From: an uncultured delta proteobacterium
Lineage (GTDB): Bacteria > Desulfobacterota > Binatia > UBA9968
Direction: 5' to 3'
NCBI GenBank assembly: GCA_963755715.1
Contig: CAVWLW010000023.1
Location: 1 to 64,000 of the forward strand
DNA: 64,000 nt
A program made the position numbers and the translations under genes. Each line of letters starts with the position of its first letter. The first letter of the stretch is position 1. Positions 41,514 to 51,625 of the stretch are shown here, one piece after another. Under the pieces are notes generated by a model, which was given only the letters and a program-made list of their open reading frames with translations, ran no database searches and had not been told where the DNA came from.

Positions 41514-41595
41514 TCGAGAATAGAGGATGGAAGATCGACGGATAGAAAATCGAGGATGGCGAATCGATCTTCGATCCTCCATCTTCGATCCTCGA
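41514..41595. repeat. Palindromic element built of 7-nt periodic units
   Basis: TCGAGAATAGAGGATGGAAGATCGA and TCGATCCTCCATCTTCGATCCTCGA are inverted copies (21/25 match by eye). Confidence 0.75.
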
Positions 41596-41610
41596 TTGTC
41601 TTGCGTAAGC

Positions 41611-42796
41611 TTACGACTTCTTGGCGACCGCCGCCGGCGCTTGCTGTTCGATGACTTTCACGACCTTGCCGGGATAGGCTTGTTTTTCGAACTGCAAGAC
41701 GAAGTATTTAGCTTTGACTGGATCGCCTTTGCTGTCGAATTCGATGGAGCCGGTCACGCCTTTGAAGTTTTTGATCTTGCGCACCGCGGTCGACGACGTC
41801 GGCGCGGCTCGGCTTCTTGCCGCCGTTCGCTTTGATCCACTGTTCCATCGCTTTGATTCCGACCAGCGTCGCGTCGTAGCCGTACATGCCGAAGGATTCG
41901 GTGTCTTTGCCAAAGCGCTGCTTATATTTTTTGGCAAAGGCAGCGGTTTCAGGATACGCATCCGGCGGACCGGCGACGCTGGTGTAGTAGCTGTTGATTA
42001 CCGCGCTCCCGGCGATCTTCGCCATTTCCGCCGAATCGAGGCCATCGGGTCCCATGAACTTGGCTTTTACGCCTTTTTCGCGCAGTTGCTTCAACAAGAG
42101 ACCGCCTTGGTGATAGATGCCGCCGAAGTAGACGAGATCGGGATTTTTGGCCTTGAGCGGAATAATCATCGGCGAAAAGTTGGCGCGCTCTTCCGTGCCG
42201 TCAAAGCCCAAGACGTTCATGCCCAGCTTCTTGGCTTCGTTGCGAAAATTTTCCGCCACGCCCTGGCCATAAAGCGTCTTGTCGTGAATGATATAGACGG
42301 ATTTGAGCTTCAAATCTTGCGCCGCGAAACGGGCGCCGACCGGACCTTGGACGTCGTCGCGGCCGCACACGCGATTGACGTTCGGATAACCGCGGTCGGT
42401 GATCTCGGTCGCTGTGTTCGCCGGCGAAATCATCGTCAACATAGCGTCTTTGTAAACTTCGGAGGAAGGCAGCGCGACGCCGGAGTTGAAGTGCCCGACG
42501 ATGACGAGCACGTCGGGGTCGGCAACCATGTTGCGCGCGTTGGCCACGCCGACTTCCGGCTTGGCCTGGTCGTCTTGGGGCACCAACACCAAGTCGTAGC
42601 CAAGATCTTTGAATGCCTTGGCCGATTCCTCGACCGCGAGCTGCGCGCCGAGTTTGATATGCTCGCCGAGCGCGGCCTGTTCGCCGGAAAGCGGCGCCTG
42701 CACGGCGATCTTGATCTTGCCCTTTTGCGCCCAAGCGGTCGCCGGTAGCGCTGCAATCAGGGCGAATAGGAAAACTAATGACAAGCGTTTCAGCAC
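41611..42796 (-). CDS. livK: Branched-chain amino acid ABC substrate-binding protein, frameshift near 41790
   Basis: APLSG, GHFNSG, RVCGRDDVQG and YGYDA. The C-terminus FKGVTGSIEFDSKGD is in another frame. Confidence 0.85.
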
Positions 42797-42916
42797 GGCG
42801 GGTCACTCCTTTAAATTGGAATGGCCCACGATAACAAATCGTAACTGAACGCGCTACCGGTTTTGCACCGAGCTGCTGTGGACCAGCCGCCGCAAGCGCG
42901 GCTGGATCTTAATTTG

Positions 42917-43275
42917 TCACACCAAACTGCGGTACCGTTCCATCACCGCGACTAAATCCTCGATTGGACCGTCGGAAAAAATCATAAAGAAGATTTCGTT
43001 GGCGTCGAGTTTTTTGACATCATCGATGTCTTTCTTAACTTGATCGAGTGAGCCGGCGAAGATTGAACGATCCGCGCCGACTGACAGCCGAGACCGAAAC
43101 CGACGCGCAGCCGTCCGTTCGATAAAATATCTAGCGTGGTTAACGGCGCGCGAGGATGACCGGGTTGTAAAACGGAATGTCGAGAACGCTGGTGCTCAGT
43201 TATGGGCGGCGACAGACGTTAGCGCTTCGAGGGGATCCAAGACGCGCTTATAAATAGCGTCACTCCAACACGCAT
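42917..43275 (-). pseudogene. LLM-class flavin-dependent oxidoreductase remnant
   Basis: Fragments VLDPLEAL, TSVLDIPFYNPVILAR, TLDILSNGRLRVGFGLG and GSLDQVKKDI. RBS, ATG and stop are retained but the span is only about 360 bp. Confidence 0.7.
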
Positions 43276-43317
43276 GCCAGCCTCCTATTCGGTCAAGTTC
43301 AATTTCGCCAAATTAAA

Positions 43318-44364
43318 TCAGCTCGCGGCTTCCTGAGCCACCACCGGCAGAGAAATTTTTTGCGACTGGCGCAGGAGCGTGAGCTCACAGCTCGAACCGA
43401 TGCGCGCCTCGGTCAAAACCTTGTGCAGATCATCGACCGACCGCACCGGCCGCGCCATCGAGCGCGATAATCACGTCGCCCTGGTTGAGTCCGGCACGCT
43501 CGGCCGGGCTCTGTTTTTCGACGGAGATGACCAGCACGCCGGCTTCCGTTTTGAGCTGCTGCGAACGCACGACGATGCGCGGGATCGTGACATTCTGTCC
43601 GCCCAGGCCAAGATAGGCGCGGCGAATTTTTCCATCCTTGATCAATCGGGCCGCGACAAACTTTGCGGTGTTGATGGCGACGGCAAAACAAAGCCCCTGA
43701 GCCGGCAGAATTACGGCGGTGTTGACGCCGATGACTTCGCCGTTCGAGTTAACCAGAGGACCGCCGGAATTTCCTGGGTTGAGCGCGGCGTCGGTCTGGA
43801 TGACGTTGTCGATGAGCCGGCCCGACTCGGAGCGAAGCGAACGACCGAGCGCGCTCACCACGCCGGCGGTGACGCTATACTGAAAACCGTACGGATTGCC
43901 GATCGCGATAGCGAGTTGGCCGACACGAATTTTTTCGGAATCGCCCAGCGGCGCCGCCACCAGTCCGCCGGCGGAAATGCGGATTACCGCGACGTCACTG
44001 GCAGGATCGTCCCCGACCATCGCGGCTTCAAAGCGGCGCCCATCGTTCAGGGCCACCGTCAAACGGCTGGTGTCGTGGACCACGTGGCTGTTGGTCAAAA
44101 TGAAACCGTCGGGCGTGAAAACAAAACCTGAGCCGCTGCCGCGAGTTTCACGCGCTCGCGTGCGGCTGCGCCCCGGCTTTGAGGCAGCATTTTGGTCGCT
44201 TCGATGAAAACCACCGACGGGCTGACCTTTTCGGCGGATTGAACCACGGCCTTGGAGTAAGCGTCGAGTAAGGAGCTGTCACGGTCGGAAATCGCCGGAT
44301 TGGCCGCCGTAGGCTGAGGTGCGAAATCGTTGTCTAGAATTTTTTTCAAAGCTGGTACTGTCAT
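43318..44364 (-). CDS. HtrA/DegP-like trypsin serine protease with PDZ, frameshifted
   Basis: GSGFVF, TNSHVV, IQTDAALNPGNSGG and SPAERAGL. Frame breaks near 44140-44200 and 43440. Confidence 0.85.
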
Positions 44365-44463
44365 AATTATTCCTCGGTGCGAAAGATAACCATTACCGTG
44401 CTTTGTGTTAAGTACGCACCCAGCGGTGCTATAGTATCCATTGAGTAACCGCAGGAGATTTTC

Positions 44464-44802
44464 ATGGGAACGAAGAATGAGGAATGCCCGGCCGAGATCA
44501 CGCTGGCGATGATCGGCGGCCGGTGGAAAATCCCGCTAATCTTTCATTTAACGGGTGGCGCTAAACGGTTTTCGGAGCTGTCCCGCGCGTTGACGGGCGT
44601 GTCGCAGAAAATGTTGACCCAACAGCTCAGGGAAATGGAGCGAAACGGGCTGGTCGAGAGAAAAGTTTATGCCCAAGTCCCGCCGAAAGTCGAGTACGAG
44701 CTCACGCCGCTCGGAAAAAGCTTGAAGCCGGTGGTCGACGCCATGTGCCGATGGGGGGAGCTGCATGGCGCGCAAACGGCGGATCGAGAGGCGCAGCCAT
44801 GA
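44464..44802 (+). CDS. HxlR family wHTH transcriptional regulator
   Basis: CP..IGGRWK, KMLTQQLREME and VPPKVEYELT. Confidence 0.9.
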   Translation: MGTKNEECPAEITLAMIGGRWKIPLIFHLTGGAKRFSELSRALTGVSQKMLTQQLREMERNGLVERKVYAQVPPKVEYELTPLGKSLKPVVDAMCRWGELHGAQTADREAQP

Positions 44803-45188
44803 TCATCAGCACCGGCGTGGACCTTGCCGAGGTCGACCGTATTCAAGCAGCGCTGGAAGATCCGCGCATCGGCAGGCGTTTTCGCGATCGCGTGTTCACC
44901 GAGAAAGAGATCGCCTATTGCGAAAAAAAATTGCGCGGCAAATATGAAAGTTATGCCGGCCGATTTGCCGCCAAAGAGGCGGTCATGAAGGCACTCGGCC
45001 GAGGCTGGGGCGCAAAGGTGCGCTGGCTCGACATCGAAGTGGCGCGTGCGCGCAGCGGCAAACCAGAAATCGTCTTGCACGACAAGACTGCGCGGCTGGC
45101 CGAAGAACTGAAGATCCGCCGTTGGGCCCTGTCGATCACGCACACCAAAGGTCATGGTCTAGCGTTCGTCATTGCTGAAGGCGAGTAA
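44799..45188 (+). CDS. acpS: Holo-ACP synthase
   Basis: GVDLAEV, RFAAKEAVMKALG, GKP and SITH. Confidence 0.93.
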   Translation: MIISTGVDLAEVDRIQAALEDPRIGRRFRDRVFTEKEIAYCEKKLRGKYESYAGRFAAKEAVMKALGRGWGAKVRWLDIEVARARSGKPEIVLHDKTARLAEELKIRRWALSITHTKGHGLAFVIAEGE

Positions 45189-45356
45189 AGAACAAACTTT
45201 CTTTCACCACGAAGTAAGCGCACGAAGATCGGAGAATTAAAATCTAAGATTTTTCCTCCATAATGGCGCCTTTGCGCCTTGCGGGAGGAATTCCCGACTC
45301 CGATACTTCGATGCCAATTATTTGCCGCATTTGTGCTTAGTGATAAGAAGCGATCG

Positions 45357-45614
45357 TCAGTTGCCGCCGGATGAATTGTGCTCCGGCTTTTTTGCCGGCA
45401 GCAAAAAGATCGCGGCCAGCGCCCAAATGCCGCAGAGCGCGCCGGCTAGAGTCCAAAGAGTTTTGTTCCGGCCGCTGTACTTGGCGATCACGCCGCAGAG
45501 AATCGCATCGAGAAGGTGGACCAATGCGGTGGTGCGCCACAATGTCGTTGGGTCCATGTCAGACTTGATGAAAAAGAGCCCGGAGAAGTAGCCCAGCAAT
45601 TTGTAGAAATCCAC
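45357..45614 (-). CDS. Small hypothetical membrane protein
   Basis: Two hydrophobic segments around AKYSGRNKTLW. Start uncertain. Confidence 0.5.
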   Translation of the reverse strand: MDFYKLLGYFSGLFFIKSDMDPTTLWRTTALVHLLDAILCGVIAKYSGRNKTLWTLAGALCGIWALAAIFLLPAKKPEHNSSGGN

Positions 45615-45680
45615 AGCGGCTCTTGACGCTTCCTTTGAACAGCTAATATACTCGGTCTCCGCGCAATTAGAAATATTATT

Positions 45681-46712
45681 ATGGCGGTCAAAACTATAGA
45701 GTGGAAAGACGATCGAGTTGTCATGCTCGATCAGCGACTGCTGCCGCATCGAGAGGTGTACCGAGTCTGCCGAAATTACGATCAAGTGGCCGACGCGATC
45801 CGCAAAATGGTCATTCGTGGCGCGCCGGCAATCGGCGTTGCTGCGGCGATGGGCGTGGCGTTGGGCGCGCTCAAGGCGCCGGCAAAAACTTTCGATCGCG
45901 ACTTCGAGCGGATTCTCTTAATACTGGGGAAAACTCGTCCGACCGCGGTGAACTTGTTTTGGGCGCTGGGTCGGATGCGCCAAGTCTATTCGGAGAACCG
46001 CAGCGGCGGCGTCGATCTCGTCAAGCGAGCGCTCAAGGACGAAGCGCAAAAAATTTATAAAGAAGACATTGCCGCGAACAAACAGATCGGCAGAAACGGC
46101 GCCAGCCTCTTGCGCAACGCCAAGCAAATCATGACGCACTGCAACGCCGGCGCGCTTGCCACCGCTGGTTACGGCACGGCGCTGGGCGTGATCCGAGCGC
46201 TCAAAGAGTCCGGCAAGGAATTTGAAGTTTTTGTAAATGAAACGCGGCCGTTCTTGCAAGGTGCCAGACTCACGGCCTGGGAGCTCAAAAAGGAAAAGAT
46301 CCCGGCGACGTTGATTACCGACAGTATGGCTGGTTATCTTATGCAACAGGGGAGAGTCGACGCGGTAGTCGTCGGTTGTGACCGAGTCGCCGCCAATGGC
46401 GACGTGGCAAACAAGATCGGCACTTACACGATCGCGGTGCTGGCGCGGCGCCACGGGATTCCATTTTTTGTTGCCGGGCCGACGTCGTCGATCGATGTCA
46501 ATTGTGCCTCGGGCAAAGATATTCCCATCGAGCAGCGCGATGCCAAGGAAGTGTCGCATATATTCGGTAAGGCACTGGCGCCCAAGGGCATGCGTGTTCT
46601 CAATCCGGCTTTCGATGTGACGTCGCAGGATCTGATCACGGCGATCATTACGGAAAAGGGTGTGATCCATCCGCCCTATCAGCAAAATATTCGCAACCAT
46701 GTCTGTCATTGA
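45681..46712 (+). CDS. mtnA: Methylthioribose-1-phosphate isomerase
   Basis: RGAPAIG, RPTAVNL, THCNAGALAT, ETRP..QG and NKIGTY. Confidence 0.95.
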   Translation: MAVKTIEWKDDRVVMLDQRLLPHREVYRVCRNYDQVADAIRKMVIRGAPAIGVAAAMGVALGALKAPAKTFDRDFERILLILGKTRPTAVNLFWALGRMRQVYSENRSGGVDLVKRALKDEAQKIYKEDIAANKQIGRNGASLLRNAKQIMTHCNAGALATAGYGTALGVIRALKESGKEFEVFVNETRPFLQGARLTAWELKKEKIPATLITDSMAGYLMQQGRVDAVVVGCDRVAANGDVANKIGTYTIAVLARRHGIPFFVAGPTSSIDVNCASGKDIPIEQRDAKEVSHIFGKALAPKGMRVLNPAFDVTSQDLITAIITEKGVIHPPYQQNIRNHVCH

Positions 46713-48042
46713 GAAAAAGCACGAACTCGAAGCCTACTTCCACGATGCCGGCAAGCCGCGCGAGCGTTGGCGGGTCGGCACCGAATACGAAAAAGTCGGT
46801 ATCTACCGCGATACGGGGCAGGCGATTCCCTATTTCGGTAAGCGCGGCGTCGACTTTATTTTGCGCGAGCTGATCGAGCGCTTCGGCTGGGAGCCGGAGG
46901 AGCAGGACGGCAATATCATCGCGCTGACGCGCGACAAAGCACAGATTACCTTAGAACCCGGCGGACAGATCGAGCTCAGCGGCGAGCCGTGCGAGAGCAT
47001 TCACTGCACCTATGCCGAATTCGATCAGCATATTCGCGAGCTGTTGGAAGTGACCGAGCCGCTCGGCATCATTTTTCTCGGACTGGGCATGCAGCCGGTA
47101 AGCCGCTTGGAACAAATCGAGTGGGTGCCGAAGCAACGCTACCGCATCATGGCGCCATACATGCTCAAAGTCGGCAAGCTCGGACAGCGCATGATGAAGC
47201 AGACCGCCACGGTGCAAGCCAATATTGATTATAGCGACGAGAAAGACGCCATGGCGAAATTCCGCACCGGCATGGGGCTGGCGCCGGTGCTCATTGCCAT
47301 GTTCGCCAACTCGCCGATCTGCGACGGCCAGTTAAACGGTTACCGCAGCTTTCGCGAGCATATTTGGACCGACACGGACAGAAACCGCTCCGGACTGCTC
47401 AAGTTCGCTTTCGCGCCGGAGGTTTCGTTCGCCCATTACGTCGAATATGCGCTCGACGTGCCGATGTATTTTATCGTCCGCAACAAGAATTATATCGACA
47501 TGACCGCGGTCACTTTCCGCCAGTTTCTAACTTCCGGCTATAACGGCGAGCGCGCGACGATCGAGGACTGGAACGATCATCTGACGACGTTGTTTCCGGA
47601 AACCCGCATCAAGCGCTATCTTGAGATCCGCTCCGTCGACAGCCAGCCACCGGATCTCATGCCAGCCCTGTCGGCGCTGGTCAAAGGCGCCTTTTACGAC
47701 AACGACTGTCTGCAGGCGGCCTGGGATCTCGTGAAGGGCTGGAGTTGGGACGAACGCATGCAGGTTTATCTCGACTCCCATCGCGATGCGCTGGCCGCGC
47801 GCGTTCGACGTTATTCGCTTCTCGATCTCGCTCGAGAGCTCGTGGAGATCGCCTGGGAGGGGCTCAGGCGGCAAAATCAGGTCAACGATCTCGGCGATGA
47901 CGAAACGATTTACTTAAAGCCGTTGAAAGATCTCCTGTCCCAAGGCAAATGTCCGGCTGATGTCCTGCTGGAAAAGTGGGAGGGCGAGCTGCACCACGAC
48001 ATCAAGCGTCTGATCGCCTATAGCGCCTACAAGCTGCCGTAA
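46699..48042 (+). CDS. gshA: Glutamate--cysteine ligase (GCS2, plant/alphaproteobacterial type)
   Basis: VGTEYEK, LEPGGQIELSG, FANSP, LDVPMYF and HLTTLFPE.R.KRYLEIR. Confidence 0.88.
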   Translation: MSVIEKKHELEAYFHDAGKPRERWRVGTEYEKVGIYRDTGQAIPYFGKRGVDFILRELIERFGWEPEEQDGNIIALTRDKAQITLEPGGQIELSGEPCESIHCTYAEFDQHIRELLEVTEPLGIIFLGLGMQPVSRLEQIEWVPKQRYRIMAPYMLKVGKLGQRMMKQTATVQANIDYSDEKDAMAKFRTGMGLAPVLIAMFANSPICDGQLNGYRSFREHIWTDTDRNRSGLLKFAFAPEVSFAHYVEYALDVPMYFIVRNKNYIDMTAVTFRQFLTSGYNGERATIEDWNDHLTTLFPETRIKRYLEIRSVDSQPPDLMPALSALVKGAFYDNDCLQAAWDLVKGWSWDERMQVYLDSHRDALAARVRRYSLLDLARELVEIAWEGLRRQNQVNDLGDDETIYLKPLKDLLSQGKCPADVLLEKWEGELHHDIKRLIAYSAYKLP

Positions 48043-49115
48043 ACTTCATCGACGATTCGCTGGTGGTTCATTGCTTTCAAGCGCGCGATGATCTCGTCAT
48101 CGGCCAAAGCGGTAAAGCTTTTTAAATAGCGCCGCTTCAGTTCCATAATCCTTCGATAACTGTTCTCAACCCGGGCGCGCAGCGCCGGCTCCTTTTCCGC
48201 CTCCGCGCAGAGAAATTCGCAAACCTCGACCGCCTTTGGCAAGTCATGGCAAAACAACAATGCATCGACGCCGGCGAGTACGGCGCGCGCGGCGGCTTCC
48301 TGCGGTGTGAAGTTGTCGCTGATCGCTTTCATGTCCAGGTCGTCGCTAAAGACGACGCCGTCGTAACCTAGCTGGTGGCGCAGTAGCCCGGTGACGATGC
48401 GCTCGGAAAGCGTCGCCGGAACATTCGAATCGAGCGCGGTATATCGGACGTGGGCGGTCATGAGCGCGTCAATGCCATTTCGACAAGCGTGAGCGAAGGG
48501 CGGCAGCTCGATCGCTTTTAAGTCGTCAAGAGATTTTGCCACCACGGGAAGGGCCAGGTGGGAATCCTGCTCGGTGGCGCCATGGCCGGGAAAGTGTTTG
48601 CCGCAAGGAATAATTCCCCCGTCGCGCAGGCCACGCAGCCAGGCTGAACTCATATCGATCACTTGCTCCGGCTCGTTGCCGAACGAGCGATCGCCGATAA
48701 TGGGATTCAGCGGATTCGAGTTTACATCCAGTACCGGAGCAAAGTTGAGGTTGATTCCAACCAGTGCCAATTCTGTGGCCGCGGCGCGGCCGCAACGGTA
48801 AGCCAGATCGCGGTCGCGGCGCGCGCCGATTTCCGCCGCAGCGGGAAAATGGGTGAAGGGCGAGGGCAGGCGATGCACCCGCCCGCCTTCCTGGTCGATA
48901 GCGATAAACGGCGGCGTGTTCAGAGTCGTGTGCCAAAGCTGTCGGCAGAGCGATGAGATTTGCCGCGGCTCACGGCAATTATCCCGAAAAAGTATAAAAC
49001 CGCCGAAAGCGTATTCCTCGAATAGCAATCGTTCATCGCCGCCCACGCGTTCGCCGCGGCAGCCGACGATAAACATCTGAGCGATTTTTTCGCGCAGCGA
49101 GTCCACGGCTGACAA
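48027..49115 (-). CDS. nagZ: Beta-N-acetylhexosaminidase (GH3)
   Basis: DQEGGRV, KHFPGHG..DSH and SDDLDM. Confidence 0.92.
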   Translation of the reverse strand: MSAVDSLREKIAQMFIVGCRGERVGGDERLLFEEYAFGGFILFRDNCREPRQISSLCRQLWHTTLNTPPFIAIDQEGGRVHRLPSPFTHFPAAAEIGARRDRDLAYRCGRAAATELALVGINLNFAPVLDVNSNPLNPIIGDRSFGNEPEQVIDMSSAWLRGLRDGGIIPCGKHFPGHGATEQDSHLALPVVAKSLDDLKAIELPPFAHACRNGIDALMTAHVRYTALDSNVPATLSERIVTGLLRHQLGYDGVVFSDDLDMKAISDNFTPQEAAARAVLAGVDALLFCHDLPKAVEVCEFLCAEAEKEPALRARVENSYRRIMELKRRYLKSFTALADDEIIARLKAMNHQRIVDEVYGSL

Positions 49116-49168
49116 TTATAGCACGACCTAGACAATTTTTTGGTCAGCGTGTAGATTCGATCGAACCG

Positions 49169-49810
49169 ATGGAACGGACAAAATATATAGTCGTCGAAGG
49201 GCCGATCGGCGTGGGCAAGACGAGCTTGGCGAAGATGCTGGCCCATGAGTTCCAGGCGCGCACGGTGTTCGAGAGAGTGGAAGATAATCCGTTTTTACCG
49301 AAGTTTTATAAATCCCGCGAGATCTACGCTTTTCAGAATCAGACTTTTTTTTTGCTCAACCGCTACCAGCAGCAGATGGAGCTGGCGCAGCAGGACCTAT
49401 TCGAGCAGAATACCGTCGCGGATTACCTATTCGCCAAGGATCAAATCTTCGCGAGCCTTACTCTAACGGCCGAGGAACTCAGCCTTTATCAGCAAATCTA
49501 CGCGCTATTGAACACCCGAGTGCCAAAACCGGATTTGGTCGTCTATCTGCAAGCTCGTCCCGAGGTGCTTTACAAAAGAGTCAAAAAAAGGGATAAAAAA
49601 TACGAGCGAGGCGTTACCTTCGAATACCTCGGCGAAGTGGCACAGGCGTATAATCAGTTCTTTTTTCACTATGATGAGACGCCGCTGCTGGTGGTGAATA
49701 CTTCGGAGATTGATTTCGTGTCGAGCAGCAAGGATCTGGCTGACTTGATCAAGGAAATCAACAGCATGGGTTCGGGAACGCAGCACTATATACCGCTTGG
49801 ATCCAGGTAA
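49169..49810 (+). CDS. Deoxynucleoside kinase
   Basis: EGPIGVGKTS, NPFL..FY and PDLVVYL. Confidence 0.9.
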   Translation: MERTKYIVVEGPIGVGKTSLAKMLAHEFQARTVFERVEDNPFLPKFYKSREIYAFQNQTFFLLNRYQQQMELAQQDLFEQNTVADYLFAKDQIFASLTLTAEELSLYQQIYALLNTRVPKPDLVVYLQARPEVLYKRVKKRDKKYERGVTFEYLGEVAQAYNQFFFHYDETPLLVVNTSEIDFVSSSKDLADLIKEINSMGSGTQHYIPLGSR

Positions 49811-49825
49811 TCTGGACTGAGACGG
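49793..49825 (+). ncRNA. pan RNA motif (cis-regulatory)
   Basis: Hairpin CCG-CTTGG-A-TCCAG/gtaat/CTGGA-CTGAG-A-CGG with two bulged A residues directly upstream of panB. Confidence 0.75.
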
Positions 49826-49879
49826 ATGCCAAAAGGTGATTTTTCGGGGAGAGAGAAGCGGCTCTTCCTGCCCGCGTTG

Positions 49880-49910
49880 GCCTTCCGGTTTGGTCCGGAA
49901 GGCTTTTTTT
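49880..49910 (+). terminator. Intrinsic terminator in the panB leader
   Basis: GCCTTCCGG-tttggt-CCGGAAGGC-TTTTTTT. Confidence 0.85.
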
Positions 49911-49924
49911 GTTTTGGGGGTGTC

Positions 49925-50728
49925 ATGGGCGACAAGATCACCGTACCTCATATCCTTAAAATGAAGCAGCGCGGCGAGAAGATTACCTGTCTCACGGCCT
50001 ACGATTACTCTTTTGCGCGGATCCTCGACGAGGCGGGGGTCGAAATGCTGCTGGTCGGCGACTCGTTGGGCTGTGTCGTTCAGGGCCAGCCCAATACTCT
50101 GGCGGTGACTATGGACGAGATGATTTATCACACGCGGCTGGTCGCGCGTGGGCGCAAACGCGCGTTGCTGATCAGCGACATGCCGTTTCTTTCGTATCAG
50201 ACGAGTAGAGAACAAGCGCTGCAAAATGCCGGCAGATTTCTCAAAGAGGCAGGCGCCGAGGCAGTCAAGCTCGAGGGCGGAGTCACGGTGCGCGAGACGA
50301 TCGACGCGATTGTCAAAGCCGGCATTCCGGTGATGGGCCACGTCGGGCTGACGCCGCAATCGGTGCATCAGTTCGGTGGCTATAAGATTCAAGGCAGGGA
50401 AAAGGATCGACGCGAAAGGGTGCTGCGCGATGCGCTCGCGGTCGAAGAAGCCGGCGCGTTTTCCATCGTTTTGGAGGGAATGCCGCTCGAATTGGCCAAG
50501 GAGATCACCGAGCGCTTGACGATCCCGACGATCGGCATCGGCGCCGGCGCTCACTGCGATGGGCAGGTGCTCGTGATCCATGACATGCTCGGCTTGTTCG
50601 ATGATTTCACGCCGAAGTTTGTCAAACGATACGCCGATCTAAAAAATACCGTTACCGGCGCAGCGAAAGAGTTTATCGGCGAAGTGAAAGAAAAAAAATT
50701 TCCCACGGAGGAACACTCGTTCAGGTGA
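49925..50728 (+). CDS. panB: 3-methyl-2-oxobutanoate hydroxymethyltransferase
   Basis: [25 protein letters not shown] and IGIGAG..CDGQVLV. Confidence 0.96.
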   Translation: MGDKITVPHILKMKQRGEKITCLTAYDYSFARILDEAGVEMLLVGDSLGCVVQGQPNTLAVTMDEMIYHTRLVARGRKRALLISDMPFLSYQTSREQALQNAGRFLKEAGAEAVKLEGGVTVRETIDAIVKAGIPVMGHVGLTPQSVHQFGGYKIQGREKDRRERVLRDALAVEEAGAFSIVLEGMPLELAKEITERLTIPTIGIGAGAHCDGQVLVIHDMLGLFDDFTPKFVKRYADLKNTVTGAAKEFIGEVKEKKFPTEEHSFR

Positions 50729-50760
50729 GAATGGGGCATTCCACCGGTTCCGTAGTTGCT

Positions 50761-51607
50761 ATGCAGATCATTGACTCCATTTCCGCTATGCGCCGCTGGA
50801 GCGAGGCCGAGCGCAGACAAGATCATCGTATCGCTTTTGTGCCCACCATGGGGTTTTTACATGAGGGGCATCTTTGTTTGGTGCGCGATGCCAAAAAACG
50901 CGGCGATCGAGTAGTGGTATCGATCTTCATCAATCCGACGCAGTTCGGCCCGAACGAGGATTTCGCGGCTTATCCGCGCGATTTGGAGCGCGATATTAAA
51001 TTACTCGAAAAAGAAGGTGTCGATATTCTTTTCCATCCTTCCGTCGAGGTCATGTATCCGCAAGGAGCCGAGACTCACGTCGAGGTTGAAAAGCTGAGTT
51101 TGCCGCTTTGCGGCGCCGCGCGGCCGGGACATTTTCGTGGCGTCGTCACGGTCGTCTCGAAGCTTTTTCATATCGTGCAGCCGCATATGGCGGTCTTCGG
51201 CGAGAAAGATTACCAACAACTGCAGGTGATCCGGCGCATGGTGCGCGATCTAAACATGGACGTCGAAATCGTCGGCCACCCGATCGTTCGCGAAGCCGAC
51301 GGCTTGGCGATGAGCTCACGCAACGTCTTATCTCACGGCGGAAGAGCGGCAGGCAGCTCTTAGTTTGTCCCGCTCGCTTTGCAAGGCGGAGCGTTTGCTC
51401 CGGCGCGGCGAAACTTCAGCGCCGGCTCTGCTTCGCATGGTTCAGGCGGAGCTTGAAGGAGAGCCGCTTGCCAAGGTCGAATATGTTAAACTCTGCGACG
51501 CCGAGACTCTCGATGACATCGGTAAAATTGACGGCTTGGCATTGCTTGCTTTGGCAGTTCGGTTCGGCAAAGCCCGGTTGATCGATAATCGGGTGCTTGG
51601 CCGTTAA
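50761..51607 (+). CDS. panC: Pantoate--beta-alanine ligase, frameshift near 51330
   Basis: [21 protein letters not shown] and [13 protein letters not shown] is in the second frame. Confidence 0.92.
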
Positions 51608-51625
51608 AGAGAGGTCGTTGCGCTG

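Noticed and set aside
41514-41597. CRISPR array
   Set aside because: Units are 7 nt with no unique spacers, and there are no cas genes in the window.
48027-48042. Functional significance of the gshA/nagZ convergent overlap
   Set aside because: Short 3' overlaps of convergent genes are common, and nothing else supports a role.
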